In this document: positions 12,751 through 28,010 of the stretch, piece by piece
How positions within the stretch are numbered: position 1 is the first letter of the stretch
Layout of the letters: each line of letters begins with the position of its first letter
DNA from: Eledone cirrhosa
Lineage: Eukaryota
Length of the DNA: 64,000 nt
NCBI GenBank assembly: GCA_964016885.1
Contig: OZ024749.1
Location: 5,084,001-5,148,000 of the forward strand
Direction of reading: 5' to 3'
Position numbers and translations under genes: made by a program
Notes under the pieces: generated by a model
The model's database searches: none
Seen by the model: the letters and a program-made list of their open reading frames with translations, nothing else
Told to the model about the DNA's origin: nothing

Positions 12751-15260
12751 AATAACTTTGAAATGTTTTGGCCAGTATTGGCCCAGGCCATGTCTAACTT
12801 AATAGCACCACCTGGCGAAGTCTTTCAATTCAGGATTTGGGCACCATGGCCCATTCGAGAAGAGAATTACTGTTTGCGGAGACATATCCGGGTGTGGGTG
12901 GTTTGTCCGGGATTACTTGGAGGAATTTGTCCAAAGACTTCTTGAATTTTGTGTGGTCAGTTTCTGTTTTGACGTGTCCTGGTGTGATGTTGAAGAGAGC
13001 AGGGCCGATTGAGGGGAAATAATTGTGCCGTATTGTTGTTATGAGTTGCGATTTAGATTTTTGAATGGGACGGATAGCACGGGGCCCAAGCCTTGGGTGT
13101 ATCTTGATGGCGATGCCAACATCATTTGGGCAGTGATGATGGAACATTTTCCACATCATGCAGATAATATAACGCTCACGGCGACGTTGGAGTGAGTAAA
13201 GTTTCAGGTTTTCTAATCGACCCCAGTAGTCAAGGTCTGACATGCCATCTATCTTTTTCGTGATTGCCCTTTGAGGAGCTTCAAGTTTCATGATACTTTG
13301 TTTCGTGTGGGGAGACCACAGTGGACAACAGTATTCAAGGTGTGGTCGGGCGAAAGTAGAGAAGAGAAGGATAATGGTGCGGGAATCTCTCGACTGGAAG
13401 GTTCTGAGGATCCAGGAACACATTCTGCGGGCCATGTCAACTTTGCTGCTTATATGCGTGGTCCAGCTTATGTTGCTGTCCACGGTTACTCCAAAGTCTC
13501 TGATGTTGTTAGATGCCACGAGAGTTTCCCCGGAGGGAAGGGAGTACGGGAGTTTCAGAGCATCCTCTTTTCCAAAGTGGATCAGTTCGAATTTGTCTTC
13601 GTTCAGTAACATGTTGTTCTTTTCTGCCCATTGGGTAACAGCCAGTAGGTCTGACTGAAGGCTTATCCGGTCATCCACGCCATTGATGACCTTTTGGAGC
13701 TTGGAATCATCAGCGAAAATTTTAATGTTGCTGTGTTTGATGATGTCAGTGATGTCATTAATATAGATGATGAAGAGAAGTGGGCCCAACACAGTGCCTT
13801 GTGGGACCCCACTACTGACTTTGGCTGGGCTTGATTTGACTCCGTCAACTACAACATGTTGGGTTCTGTTTGACAGGAAGCTCTTGATCCACTGCAGCAG
13901 CTTTCCAGTGACACCAATATTGGACAGCTTTCGCAGTAGAATGTTATGATCAACCCTGTCAAAGGCCTTGCTGAAATCAAGGTAGATAACATCAGTGTTG
14001 GAACCCTCTCCCAAGGCTCTCAAAATGTCATCAAAGTGATGCAGTAGCTGCGTCAGGCAATCCCTTCCATTACGGAATCCATGCTGGTTGGAGTTCAGCA
14101 TATTGTTAGTCTCAAGGAAGTGGGTCATTCGCGATCTCACCACTCTCTCAAATACCTTAATGATATGAGAGGTGAGTGAGATTGGACGGTAATTCACGGC
14201 AAGGGATTTGTTTCCCTTTTTGAAAACTGGGACAACAGACTGGGATAGAAGGTTTTCTGGCACATATCCAGCATCCAGTGAGTTCCGCCACAGATTGGCA
14301 AGAGGAGATGCAAGTTGGTGTTGACACGCCTTCAAGACACAAGCAGGGAACCTATCGGGACCTACTGCTGAATTATGCTTGATTTCCTTTATTGCCGCCA
14401 AGACATCAGAGGCGCCAAACGTTATGTCCGATAAGGTGTAATGGGGAGTAACATCGCCGATACAGCCCAGATCGGCCATATCAGGATTGCTGAAAACAGA
14501 GCAGTATTGTTTCTGCAGTATCTCACCCATGGTTTTAGCATTGTCTTGAAGAGTGCCATTTTCATCAATTAGAGGGCCAACAGTAGAGCCAGTGATTTTG
14601 TGTTTTTTTGCAAATGAAAAGAACACTTTGGGATTGAGTTTGATCTTCTCAATGGCCCAGGCCTCTTCAGCTCTTCTCTGATTGTTGATGAGGGACATTA
14701 TGTTGTTTTGGAGGTTATGTTTTTTAATCTCTAGTGATGAAATGGCAGTCAAGTTGATGTGTTGCTGCTGACAGTATTTCAGCTTGTTGATTTTTTTGTT
14801 TGTTCTCTTAATTTTTCTGATGAGCGTTTTTCTATTTCTAGCGATTCTGCTCTTAGATTTGTTTATAGTTCTTAATGGGGTGTGTTTAGCACATATGTTT
14901 GTAACAGTGTCCACAAATGTCTGCCAGGACTTTTTGATGTTAGTGGGTGTATGAGTGTGCGTGAAGGACCAGTCGACATGTGCAAGATCATGACTGATCG
15001 CTTCCCAGTTTGCATTGTGGAAATCCATAGCGTCAAACGGATGGACAGGAGAGATGACATTGGGTTTGTATATTGGACGGTGGAATCTCAGATCACAGAG
15101 AACCATGTCATGATCAGAGAGTAGAGTTTTCTCCACTGCAATATTGTGGATATTGTCAGTGTGATTGCTGAAAATTAAGTCTAGGACGTTTTTGTGGCAC
15201 CTCGTTGGTTCGAGCACCAGTTGGGATAGGAAGAAATCATCCATGAAGTCAAGAAGCGAT
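12750..15260 (-). mobile_element. CR1-type LINE, 5'-truncated, inserted in a TA microsatellite
   Basis: GC-richer block containing the RT ORF and an ~80-nt 3' UTR (…GGCCTGGGCCAATACTGGCCAAAACATTTCAAAGTTATTC) running into (TA)n. Confidence 0.93.
12830..15244 (-). CDS. LINE ORF2 fragment: APE endonuclease C-terminus plus complete reverse transcriptase (804 aa, no internal stop)
   Basis: [20 protein letters not shown] (APE end); [67 protein letters not shown]. The first Met is a truncation artefact. Confidence 0.93.
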   Translation of the reverse strand: MDDFFLSQLVLEPTRCHKNVLDLIFSNHTDNIHNIAVEKTLLSDHDMVLCDLRFHRPIYKPNVISPVHPFDAMDFHNANWEAISHDLAHVDWSFTHTHTPTNIKKSWQTFVDTVTNICAKHTPLRTINKSKSRIARNRKTLIRKIKRTNKKINKLKYCQQQHINLTAISSLEIKKHNLQNNIMSLINNQRRAEEAWAIEKIKLNPKVFFSFAKKHKITGSTVGPLIDENGTLQDNAKTMGEILQKQYCSVFSNPDMADLGCIGDVTPHYTLSDITFGASDVLAAIKEIKHNSAVGPDRFPACVLKACQHQLASPLANLWRNSLDAGYVPENLLSQSVVPVFKKGNKSLAVNYRPISLTSHIIKVFERVVRSRMTHFLETNNMLNSNQHGFRNGRDCLTQLLHHFDDILRALGEGSNTDVIYLDFSKAFDRVDHNILLRKLSNIGVTGKLLQWIKSFLSNRTQHVVVDGVKSSPAKVSSGVPQGTVLGPLLFIIYINDITDIIKHSNIKIFADDSKLQKVINGVDDRISLQSDLLAVTQWAEKNNMLLNEDKFELIHFGKEDALKLPYSLPSGETLVASNNIRDFGVTVDSNISWTTHISSKVDMARRMCSWILRTFQSRDSRTIILLFSTFARPHLEYCCPLWSPHTKQSIMKLEAPQRAITKKIDGMSDLDYWGRLENLKLYSLQRRRERYIICMMWKMFHHHCPNDVGIAIKIHPRLGPRAIRPIQKSKSQLITTIRHNYFPSIGPALFNITPGHVKTETDHTKFKKSLDKFLQVIPDKPPTPGYVSANSNSLLEWAMVPKS

Positions 15261-17300
<2,040 letters not shown>

Positions 17301-17700
17301 GAGTTTTTTTCCATACCAACGCAGATTTCCGAAATGTCATACATAAATACATACTAATAACACATAGGAGAATAATATACAAGTTTAGAAAAAAAAGCTG
17401 TAATTTTCTCTATTCTATAGACATCAAAGGCAGACAACATTAACTGATGCGTTTACCTAGATAGATTATAGCGAGTATTACAGAGAAAGATGAGACTAGT
17501 ACGTGAGTGTGTATGTGTCTTAGTCACTATATATGTATATATATATATATACACGTATTTGCGTGTGCGTTCGAGGGTATATATTTACAGTTACATATAT
17601 TGCATACAGTTACATACACACACATATATATATATACATATATATGCATGCATTTGTATATTAATATAAGTGCGTGTGTGTGGCGTTGCGTGCGTTTGTA

Positions 17701-17759
<59 letters not shown>

Positions 17760-17832
17760 GTCAATCCGGGTTGAATCGGAGGTAACCACAGTAAGTAAGG
17801 TACTCAATACATTGCAGAGTATAAAAGTTTTA

Positions 17833-17911
17833 ATATAGATGAGATTCTACTGGACTAGAGATTCGTGATGATTTCTAAAGAATGAAACATGTCTAGTCCT
17901 GTAGAATCTCA

Positions 17912-17918
<7 letters not shown>
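17833..17918 (+). other. 27-bp-arm hairpin enclosing a degenerate hammerhead core
   Basis: Arms 17833-17859 and 17892-17918; GTGATGA tttctaaagaat GAAA catg TC lies between and overlaps the right arm. Confidence 0.55.
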
Positions 17919-17945
<27 letters not shown>

Positions 17946-18059
17946 TGTTGATATCCCTGGGTTTTATACATTTTCAATCGCGATGCGGTAATTTTACGTA
18001 ATTAAGTGTGAGGAGATGTCTTGATATGATCTTCAGTTTGGCATGTTATCGTACCTCCA

Positions 18060-18240
18060 TTTGCTGCAACATTCAAAGTTTCTGCTCTCTCACCCACTTA
18101 ATGTATCTCGTTGAGATATTGGTTAAGGGTAGATCTGTTTCTGGAAAGCTCAATCCGACGCAGATTAATTTCGAAACGGTGCTGTCTTGTTGCTCGAGCA
18201 AGTGGAACAGTCATCCAAGCAATCGATGGAAGTCCATCTA
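18060..18240. repeat. Old dispersed SINE-like repeat; diverged copies at ~20290-20430, ~21075-21205 (inverted) and ~29950-30115
   Basis: Shared core resembling ...CTCAACCACTTGCATATTAATTTCACGAGCAAGCT... in all four, with heavy divergence. Confidence 0.6.
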
Positions 18241-19304
18241 TTAGTCACAGTTGTATATTAATTCAATGATCATGTTGCTATGTATTATTACTCATGTCGC
18301 TGTAAAAAGATGGGGAGAGGGTAGAAAGAAATTTTACTTTCGACTAAAGAAATTTGTTTTCCTTAATCACTCACATTGCTCAGATTATAATTAAATCGCA
18401 ATTCCTGGCAGGTATGTCACTGTTTATCTAGAGACAGGATTTGAATCCACTACTCTGGGAAACGGAACAGGTAATGTAAGGCACCACATCTGCTACGTTC
18501 CCAATTTGGGCAATCCACCAACTTTAGACTCCTACGTATTTATAAAACTCAAATATATAGAAGGCAAACTGGATTTTAAACATTGCAGAACCCATAGCGC
18601 GACACGCCTGGATGCAGCTGATTTCCTTCAGAGGGGAGCCAAGACGGAAAGCCAGGGAAGTAGAGAGAGAGAGAGAAGAATCCACTCGTGTACTGGGTTA
18701 GTGCTTTATTTCTCGGCCTTGAAAAGATGACAAATAAAGTCGATGTGTTAGCGATTTGATAGCAAAGCTCAGAGTGCTAGAAAAAAGTCCCATATCTAGA
18801 CCTCTACTCTGACGGCTCATCATGTCAATTCACCCCCATGGATTGAAATCATTCTAATATAGTTAGGTATCGTTCACGTAGTACAAAACCTACTATTATT
18901 CTACGGTCTCGGTAATAATATCAACATTGCTATTTATAGTAATCTGCCTCTTAAATATATCAGTCGCTTTATATAGTAACTCAGTATGCGCCCCATTTTG
19001 TATTTTATCTTACTCACCCCAAGCAACGGAATGAGGCCACTAAAATGCAAAAGGTTACTGAGAAGGAGAAAGAAAATGACGATAGTTATTGCTTTTGATA
19101 TGTTGTAATTTAGAGTGATACAAGTGTCTGAGGAATACTCATCCACTTCTATACCAATTTAGTGAGTATGTAATTTGATTGATTTATCAAATGGATACTC
19201 GTCGTCAGAAATATGAAAATAAAATTTTAAGTTGCAACATATTGAAGGACAATATATATATAAACGAACAAAACACAGGAGGCAATTGTACACAGTTATA
19301 TAAT

Positions 19305-19364
<60 letters not shown>

Positions 19365-19407
19365 TTTAGCGAGGTTTTTTATATGAAATCGTGTGTCGAA
19401 ACAAATA

Positions 19408-19647
19408 TTGTTATACTTGGGGAGGGTCATATTTGTGTAATATTGCCAGAATTAATAACAGAACACACTCACTGTTTGGTTGGTTTTCGCTTCTCGCTGT
19501 CTTTTATAGTCAATGGCAACATTGAGGACCGATTAAGTTAGATCGCAGATATAAAAGACAGCGAGAAGCGAAAACCAACCAAACAGTGAGTGTGTTCTGT
19601 TATTAATTCTGCCAATATTACGCAAATATGACCCTCCCCAAGTATAA

Positions 19648-19650
<3 letters not shown>
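19408..19650. repeat. Inverted repeat with 101-bp arms and 41-bp spacer, flanked by (TA)n
   Basis: Arms 19408-19508 and 19550-19650 nearly identical; a single-arm homolog lies at ~57452-57556. Confidence 0.9.
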
Positions 19651-19698
<48 letters not shown>

Positions 19699-19703
<5 letters not shown>

Positions 19704-20201
19704 AGATTGAAAGTAACTCCCTATTTTAACATTCTTATAATTTATTTCTTAACTATAATTTTTACAAGAAATAAACATGAGAAGAAAGACTACAGCATGG
19801 AGTTTTATTTAAAATTCTATATCAGCACTCGCATTCTCCAGCAGCTTCTCAAGATGCACGGGAACCGCATCAACTGATTTCAGGTTGTGGGACGGAAGAC
19901 ATAAATTCTTGTATTCGCCTTTCAAGTTCTTCCAAAGTCGTTGCTTTGGTAAAGTAGACTTACTCCTTTAACCAATCCTAAACAAAAAATGGCAGGGTGT
20001 TGTCAGGGGTTCTAGCTAGCCACTCATGCCGACAAGGATGACCCTTCTCCCGGGAAAGTAGGCATTTAGCTATTCACGAAAAACAATAGCAAAATCAAAT
20101 CTTCAATATTCTCCAAGTGCTGATAACTGGCCAGATTTCAGCTTGCAGCATGGTGAGGTAACTTTCAGCATTCATTAGGGAGTTACTTTTCAATCACCCT
20201 G
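19699..20201 (-). mobile_element. Tc1/mariner internal-deletion derivative
   Basis: TIRs AGGGAGATTGAAAGTAACTCCCTA and TAGGGAGTTACTTTTCAATCACCCTG flanked by TA; minus strand reads HEWLARTPD…WLKE*VYFTKATTLEELERRIQE, resembling the WPARSPDL transposase C-terminus. Confidence 0.8.
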
Positions 20202-21406
20202 TATATGAAGGCGGAAGTATGTGTGAGTGTGAAATTGGGCTGGCAAAACTGTTTAGAAGCACATTGTATGTATTCTCACTGCAATGAAAAGGTGAAGCCT
20301 TAACACACATTGTCTCGTGTTGTATGTCCCCAGAGATTATATTACGGGTGTACATACCTGTTAAATACTCAACCACTTGCATATTAATTTCACGAGCAAG
20401 CTAATTTTCGTATGTTGCTCAAATGTAACACAAGTCTTCGAATTGTACGAAGAACCTTTTTACCTTTCGGCCTCTGTTGTTGAGAATTTCTCTCACAATA
20501 CATTACACGATACAATACACATTACTTTTTTTATCAGTTAAATGGGTTTCATTTGATAAGTTTTGAACACAGGAAGTTATTAGTAATTTATCTCTGAAAA
20601 TATTCGTTACGAACCCTTGAAGGTTAAAAATAATAATAATAATAATGATGATAATACTATTAATGATAATAATAATAATAACACAGTTCCGAAAGATAGA
20701 ATTTGCTTTTAGAAGGACAAGGAAACCACAAGTAACGTAAGAAAGTGAAACTGATAAAACAACACGAAGACAACTGTTCACAAAAACCACCACAGTGAAA
20801 TCTAAATTACATTTGTGAAGAAAGATAAGTCTTTTGACAAAATGCTCTGTTGTGATCTCTCTAGCTACTGGGCATCAACGGCAATATGTAGAAGTTAAGA
20901 TAAGCAACGGTGAATGATGAATAAATTCACGAGAGACTTTAAAGCAACCGTATTAGAGAGTGATTAATTTGAAGGCAGGAGCTGCCAGTAAAGTAAATAA
21001 GGATTGCAACCGTTGCCAAATGACGATTATTAAGTCCAAATAAAATATCCATGAAACTTTATATGAATGTGAATGGACTTACATCGGTTCCGACGATGAG
21101 TGTTCTGTTATTCGATTAACAGAACAGCCTGGTCGTGAAATTATGGAATATTGGGCTTGAGTATTTCACAGTTACATCTGTGCAGATTCCACGTAGTTAC
21201 CAAAACTGTTACTTTCAATTCCAGTTACAGTCAATCCTTCGACCAACACGACCATCTATACACAGAGTTTGAGGGACTTCCGTCCATCCGTCACACGATG
21301 TGTGTTTGTGTGAATGTATATGTGTGTGTAGATGATGGTGAAAAACTATAGCAAAACAGCGGCTGACCGTCCATTTGCTACGCTGTGTCTGTGTGTGTTT
21401 GTGTAA

Positions 21407-21463
<57 letters not shown>

Positions 21464-22616
21464 TATTTGTGTGCCTTATTTACGCGTTTATATATATATA
21501 CTCATGCATGTAAATGTATGCATATACACATACGTGACAGCGTGTTGAAACACATTCTAGTTTAAATGACTTAAACTTCGTTCGTACATATTACTCTGTT
21601 AATCCGTTAATCCTTTAAGTGTTCCAGGCGATACGCTATGGTCACAACGGGGCACCGCCATTCAACATATTCAAACTTATTTGGAAGAAAGATCACAACG
21701 TCTTCCAGACGAGGAAATACGCTAAGTACAGTTGTTACACAATGTTTTATCTTTCCGTGTTAAGAAGTCGGGACGATCTGACATTTTATGAAGATAGGTA
21801 ATTTTTTCGCTGTAAAATTCCTTTTTGGTATTTTGCCATCGATCAACCAATAAAAATATTTATCAGTTGAAATGGAAAATTAAAATGTTTCATAGATTAA
21901 TTCAAAATCAAAAGATGTATCTCCAAATGAAAATTAAACAAATTGAAATATAAGAATTAAAAATAAAAAAAATGTAAAATTACTTTCAGGGATTTCCTTT
22001 CATTCTATTTTCTTTAAACTAAGTTTTCTGTAAAATCAATGTATTGCAAACATTTAGTAAATCTTGTTTCAGATATTTACCACACAAAATAAAATGATTA
22101 TTCATTATTATACAATTTTTAAATCTGTTTTTATTTCAATATTTCTTTCACTTTACGAAAATATCTTTCGATTTCGATCTCTCTTAATTATATTACATTC
22201 ACTTCATCAGATCCATTTTTTTTTAATGTTCTTATGATAATTACACAAAGGACCTATTTTAAATGAATCATTTCAGAAATTATAGTCCGAATATTCATCT
22301 TCCCTGTCTCTATATATTTCATACGTTGACAGAGATAAAGTAATCTGGCTTTCAAAGTAATACGGAGAAAATATATTTAAGCCTAATCTGTTTTCAATAA
22401 TTGCAAATCATATACATACATATAAATATATATATATGTATATACATATATATATATGTGTATATATATATATATACACACACACACTCACACTCACACT
22501 CACACTCACTCACACTCTCTCTCGTTCTCAGGTGTGTCTGTATATATTTATATATATATATATATACATAGTGTGCGTGTTGTGTCTCTTTCTCCCTCCC
22601 TATCTCTCTCTGTGTG

Positions 22617-22654
<38 letters not shown>

Positions 22655-23237
22655 CAGAAATAATTTTAGAAGTTGATGAAACAGCAGTAAGGCACTCAAA
22701 TGTCTATTTTAAGCTCAAATTTGGTTTATTTTATATCCAGAATAAAGAAACATATTTCTGAGGTAAATTGAGTTGGTATACTCCGGTCATCTTTTAATCA
22801 CAGAACATATATTAACAAAGAAATTGGTAACGTATTTCTTTGTGATCTATCTATCTGTCTATATACTACTAAAACTCTGTGATTGCTTGCTTGCTCGCTT
22901 GTTTGCATGTCTGTAATGTAATACATCCAAAACGGCGCATAATAGGAAAATATTTTGAAAGGAAGTTGACCCTCAAATGCGAATACAAATGGAATAAAAC
23001 TAGTTTCGCGTAAATCGGAGGATTGGTTCCCGCGATATAGGTTTTTTCCGAGCACTTTCTAAAATAGAGGGAAGGAAGGATAGAGAGAAAGAGACAGTGG
23101 ATGTGTGAGAGTAGATTAAAAGAGAGACTTAGTGAGAGGAGAAGGAGAATGGAAGAGAGAAAGAGAACTGATGGTGGTGTTGTTTATATATGTGAATGTG
23201 TGTGACTCTATGACCAGTGTATATAGATCACATACAT

Positions 23238-23271
<34 letters not shown>

Positions 23272-23388
23272 GCACACACAGACAGATACACATATATATA
23301 ATATATATATATATATACGCACACACACACACATACATATATATACGCGCACACACACACACATATATAAATACGCACACACACACAC

Positions 23389-23425
<37 letters not shown>

Positions 23426-23729
23426 AATACGCACACACACACACACACACATACACACACATACATACATACATACATACATACATACATACATACATAC
23501 ATACATACATACATACATACACAGACCTTTATATATATTGATATACGCGTATATATATGTGCTTTCCAGTTCCATTACATGTTATACACATTTCTGTGTA
23601 TATTTTAATTATTCTAAAATGATTTTTAAGTGAACATGATTTTTAAAATATATTTTGAAGTGAACGTGAACCAACGGGCGACGGGTGGTCTATTATATAT
23701 GTGTTTGTATCTGTGTATGTGCCAAAGGA

Positions 23730-24031
23730 AAACTGAAATATCAAAGCAACCGATAGAGTGAAATGAAGAAATGTATTATAAGTTTCACATATGATATAGT
23801 TGGAAAATAGTTTTAACGGTTCTGATGCCAGTCCTTCATCAGAAGATAGAATGAGAAATTAAAGAGGAAATAGACAGATTGAGGATACGGGCAGGGCAGA
23901 AAAGGGAAAATAAATAGAGAAAAATAAATTGTCCGTTCATGTTGCCATCACTTGGAAAACTGTTCATGATGGTGTTTTATGTATGATATACTTTTTTGAG
24001 AGACGAAGTTGATAATGGTGCGCGGCGTCTA
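23730..24031 (-). mobile_element. PLE pLTR/retrozyme-like repeat with degenerate hammerhead; paralog at ~53222-53508
   Basis: About 300 bp align by eye with 53222-53508; minus strand tctt CTGATGA aggactggcatca GAAC cg TT aaaa at ~23811-23846. Confidence 0.6.
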
Positions 24032-24916
24032 CATATACCTCTCTCTGCCTCTCTCTCTCTCTCTCTCTCTGTGTAGGGGAGACCTTTCGACATGTTCATG
24101 TGGAGATATTTTTACATTCCGGTGAGATCAATTATGCCTTCAAATATTTCGATATCTAGGGTTCCGCCAGATTTAAATTGTGCATGCGCTGAGATGCCTT
24201 TGCGACTAGATCAAAAGTGTAGAACCCATAAATAGATGGATTCATTTTATATTGACGATGACGCGAAACTATTTTTTGAATGGTAATATTCACATATTTT
24301 AATTCCAAAGATATATTCCTTGGTTTCCATATTTCTTGAATAAACAGAAATATATTGGCTGTGAAATATTTTTGCTATTCGACCATTAATAAAGATTTGT
24401 AATATATTCCTGTTTAAAATGTTTTGAAAATTACATCAATTATAAAACTAACCATTAGACGAAATGAAAAAATATAATAAATTTAAACATATCTTTTAAA
24501 AACAGATGAATTAATTTCAAAATTGCTTTTCATTTGATTTGCCTCAAACTAAGTTTTCTGTGAATACTGCAAACATTTTGTAATTCTTGTTAGAGAAAAT
24601 TAGCTCACAATAAAATAAAAGATATTATTCATTATTTATTAATTTAGGAAACTACTTTTATTACAATATATCTTTACGAAATTATTTTTCTCTCTCTCAA
24701 ATTTATTACATTCAATGCGCCAGAACCTTAGTATTTTTCTCAACGAAAATTACACAAAGAACGGATTTCATATGTTAAGGATTTATAGAAGGAATATGCA
24801 TATTTTCCAGAAATGTTGTTTGCATAACTAACAAATTGGCAACGAGAAATCAATTTCATGTTATACCAGATAAATGTATTATTCATTGATTTGTCTCACA
24901 CATACACACACGTATT

Positions 24917-25335
24917 AATAATTGTTTCTACTTTTGGCACAAGGCCAGCAATTTTCCCAGAACATTACTGGTACTTTATTTTATCGACCCCGTAAGGATG
25001 AAAGGCAAAGTCAACCTCGGCGGGACTTTGCCTTTCATCCTTACGGGGTCGATAAAATAAAGTACCAGTAATACACTGGTTTATTGCTGGCCTTGTGCCT
25101 AAAGTAGAAACAAGTAGAAACGGCGGGATTTTAATAATTGTTTCTACTTTAGGCACAAGGCCAGCAATTACCAGTGCATTACTGGTACTTTATTTTATCG
25201 ACCCCGTAAGGATGAAAGGCAAAGTCAACCTCGGCAAGATTTGAACTCAGATCATAAAGGGACGTAACTATGCTGGAAAGCATGGCGTCCGACCCTCTAC
25301 CGATACTGCCAATCCACCGGCGGGATTTTAATAAT
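24917..25335. mobile_element. SINE cluster: two opposite-orientation 3' halves plus a full-length minus-strand SINE with an 18-bp flanking duplication
   Basis: CGGCGGGATTTTAATAAT at 25121-25138 and 25318-25335 flanks the full copy. Confidence 0.85.
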
Positions 25336-25442
25336 GAAACTAGGTTATGTACCATAAATAATTAGGCATACAGACGGAGAGAGAGTCTCGCACACGCATA
25401 CACACACACACGCACAGGCACGCATACACACACATACACACG

Positions 25443-25539
<97 letters not shown>

Positions 25540-25920
25540 CTAGCTGTCGAAACGGCCGGAGCTCAGCCGTCGAGGTTTTGGATCTTTTCATATTACCCTT
25601 TCCACTACCCCAAGTATCGAGTACTCTGGTGGGTTATGTTCCACCTGGTATTTTACAGCACCCCATCTGATATAAATATATATATATATATATATATAAA
25701 TTGGCATGGATTCCGTAAGAAACTGGTTAGACCGTTACTCACCAAAGTACTCAATACTTGGGGTAGGAGAGTATGGTTATCAGAATGACTCAGAAGGCCA
25801 ACAGCTGAGCTCTCACGGTTTCAACAGTTAGTTCCAGACTCTGGTGCTATGGAAACTAACTCTGGAACTAGCTGTTGAAACGACAAGAGTTCAGCCGTCG
25901 CCGGGTCTCGACTCATTCTT
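25540..25920. repeat. Fold-back family copies (same family as 8895-9300)
   Basis: CTAGCTGTCGAAACGGCC…TCAGCCGTCG…ATTACCC; internal hairpin TTTCAACAGTTAGTTCCAGA / TCTGGAACTAGCTGTTGAAA. Confidence 0.7.
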
Positions 25921-26477
25921 ATATATATATAATATGAGAGAGAGAGAGGTGGGGTGGAAATAGCAAAGAAAATATATTTAAAAATATGTTTTTTCTTTTA
26001 TTCTTCTTTGATTCGTCAACGTGATATTATGAAAATATATATATATATGAGAGATGGCGGGTGACGATGAATGGCCTAGCTTTTTATCAACGGAGTAGTC
26101 TGCTCTTGAAATTAAAATAAAAGTTCCAGAGAATTCCACAGTCACTAGTATCCACATCATAGACCTCATAGAGCTTCATTACTGTTCATGACTTTGCAAC
26201 AGCTTGAGTGGTATATCAATGACGTAGCTATCACTAATCTTATGTGTGTGTGTGAAGGTCCTCAGCATTGCCTCCATCTCCAAATTAACACATTGATATT
26301 TTCCAGTGAGGATGGTATTTTTCTATCGCAAGATTTGATTTATATTCCTTAAAACCCGGTTTTATTCTAAACGATTATCAACTGGATTTTCGATAAAAAA
26401 GCAAAGAGAACATATTATCAATATGTATACTATCCAAAAATCCAACATTCCTCTTTGCGAACTTGCTTATAATGAAT

Positions 26478-26735
26478 AATTGTTTCTATTTTTGGCACAA
26501 GGCCAGTAATTATCCCAGTGTATTACTGCTACTTTATTTTATCGACCCGGTAAGGATGAAAGGCAAAGTTAACCTCGGCGGGATTTGAACTCATATCATA
26601 ATTGTTTCTACTTTAGGCACAAGGCCAGCAATTACCAGTAGATTACTGGTACTTTATTTTATCGACCCCGTAAGGATGAAAGGCAAAGTCAACCTCGGCG
26701 GGATTTGAACTCAGATACTGCCAATCCACCGCCCT
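26478..26735 (-). mobile_element. Two tandem SINE copies, the second internally deleted
   Basis: Same core as 25139-25319; the second copy jumps from GAACTCAGAT to ACTGCCAATCCACCGCC. Confidence 0.85.
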
Positions 26736-26989
26736 TATAATGAATAATGGAAACAAGACATTATCTAGAAGGTTATGAGTAAACAAATTCAGAGTGTGGA
26801 CTAAACCGCATGTCGAAGACGATTGAAACCAGTTTACCATTGCGGTAGTTATCACACGATCCACATGACGGATGCAATGTCTCCGAATACGGAAGAGCCG
26901 AACTCCCACTGTCGTCACCTCCATCACTCTCGCCCTCCCCATCTCTCTGTATTGTGAGCAAATGGAGTCCCACGTGCTGGCCTCCTTAC

Positions 26990-27170
26990 AGCCCCCGGCG
27001 GACAGAAAGAAGGCGGCGTTTCTCCGGAGGATGGTAAGGGAGATGCGCTGGAAAAGCCATTCCATCTCACGATGCTCACACATGCGGCAGGACTGCTCAG
27101 CGCTTATGGAGGTAGCTCAAGGTCGAAAGACACCAGAAGTCTCTACTGCCAAGGACACGACCGCAATACT
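26990..27170 (-). mobile_element. 3' fragment of a CRE-like (REL endonuclease) non-LTR element
   Basis: VSLAVETSGVFRP*…EMEWLFQRISLTILRRNAA resembles the P.AVET.G … QR.S.A.QRGNA terminal motif. Confidence 0.6.
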
Positions 27171-27545
27171 TTGCTTCTAATTTAGTCACAAAGCCAATTA
27201 TTTGAAGAGAAGGTGAAAGTCGATTAAATCGACTCCAGTGCTTACAGCTACTTTATTTTATCGATTAAGATGAAAGGCAAAGTTAACATCGGCGGGATTT
27301 GAAATCAAAACGTAAAGGGCCGTAATTTACGTCTGATTTCAAATAAAAAATAATAATGATTTCTAGTATAGGCACAAGGCCAGTAATTTGGGAGGAAGGG
27401 AAAGTCGATTTAATTAATCCCAGTACATTACTGGTACTTTATTTTATCGACCCCGTAAAGATGAAAGGCAAAGTTGACCTCGGCGGGATTTGAACTCAGA
27501 AGTAAAGATCCGTAATTTACGTTCTGATTTCACATCAAAAATAAT
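27170..27545 (-). mobile_element. Two further tandem truncated SINE copies
   Basis: GATGAAAGGCAAAGTT..C.TCGGCGGGATTTGAA occurs twice, each followed by CCGTAATTTACGT. Confidence 0.8.
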
Positions 27546-27829
27546 AATATATAATTATATAGTTTGCGATGTTTCTGTTTAACACTCTTGATACCAACAT
27601 CCCCAACGCATTTGCTGACATGAAATAGAACCACTCATTTTAAAAGGCCTCTACATAATTAGTGCTTTCCAAAATAATTTGATATAAGAACAATTTTAAT
27701 GTAACAAATACAAAATAATAATGAGATAATCAATAATGTTGGCAAATCCTTCCAATTTGCCATTAATTAATTTAAATATAATGTTTCTCATTAGAAATAT
27801 AGCCATCAAAGTGATTAAGACTTCGCATA

Positions 27830-28010
27830 CGTATCTTCTTCTTGAGTGGGACGTGGAGGGAGAGACCTGAAACATTTCTTCCAGCGAGTCCTGTCAGGAT
27901 CAACCGTCTCCAACTGATCCGGCTGGATCCCCAAGCTTGATCTTCATGGATGTTATCCAACCATTTTTTTGTCAGGATGAACACCTTAGTCTCTTGTCGG
28001 TTGCTTTTAC
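27830..28010 (-). mobile_element. Degenerate RTE LINE 3' end
   Basis: With frameshifts reads KRLR…KKWLDNIHED…LGIQPDQLETVDPDRTRWKK, the typical RTE C-terminal W.D…DR..W pattern. Confidence 0.5.

Noticed and set aside
18055-18237. Apparent phase-1 exon on the minus strand with AG/GT ends
   Set aside because: Contains an in-frame TAA and is a decayed copy of a dispersed repeat present four times in the window.
19115-19215. Overlapping hammerhead-like motifs (CTGAGGA…GTAA on plus, CTGACGA…CTAAA on minus)
   Set aside because: GAAA is absent in both and stem I cannot be formed convincingly.
27831-28010. Apparent exon GKSNRQETKVFILTKKWLDNIHED… with a GTATGC donor
   Set aside because: The acceptor is GG, not AG, and the sequence is better explained as a frameshifted RTE C-terminus.
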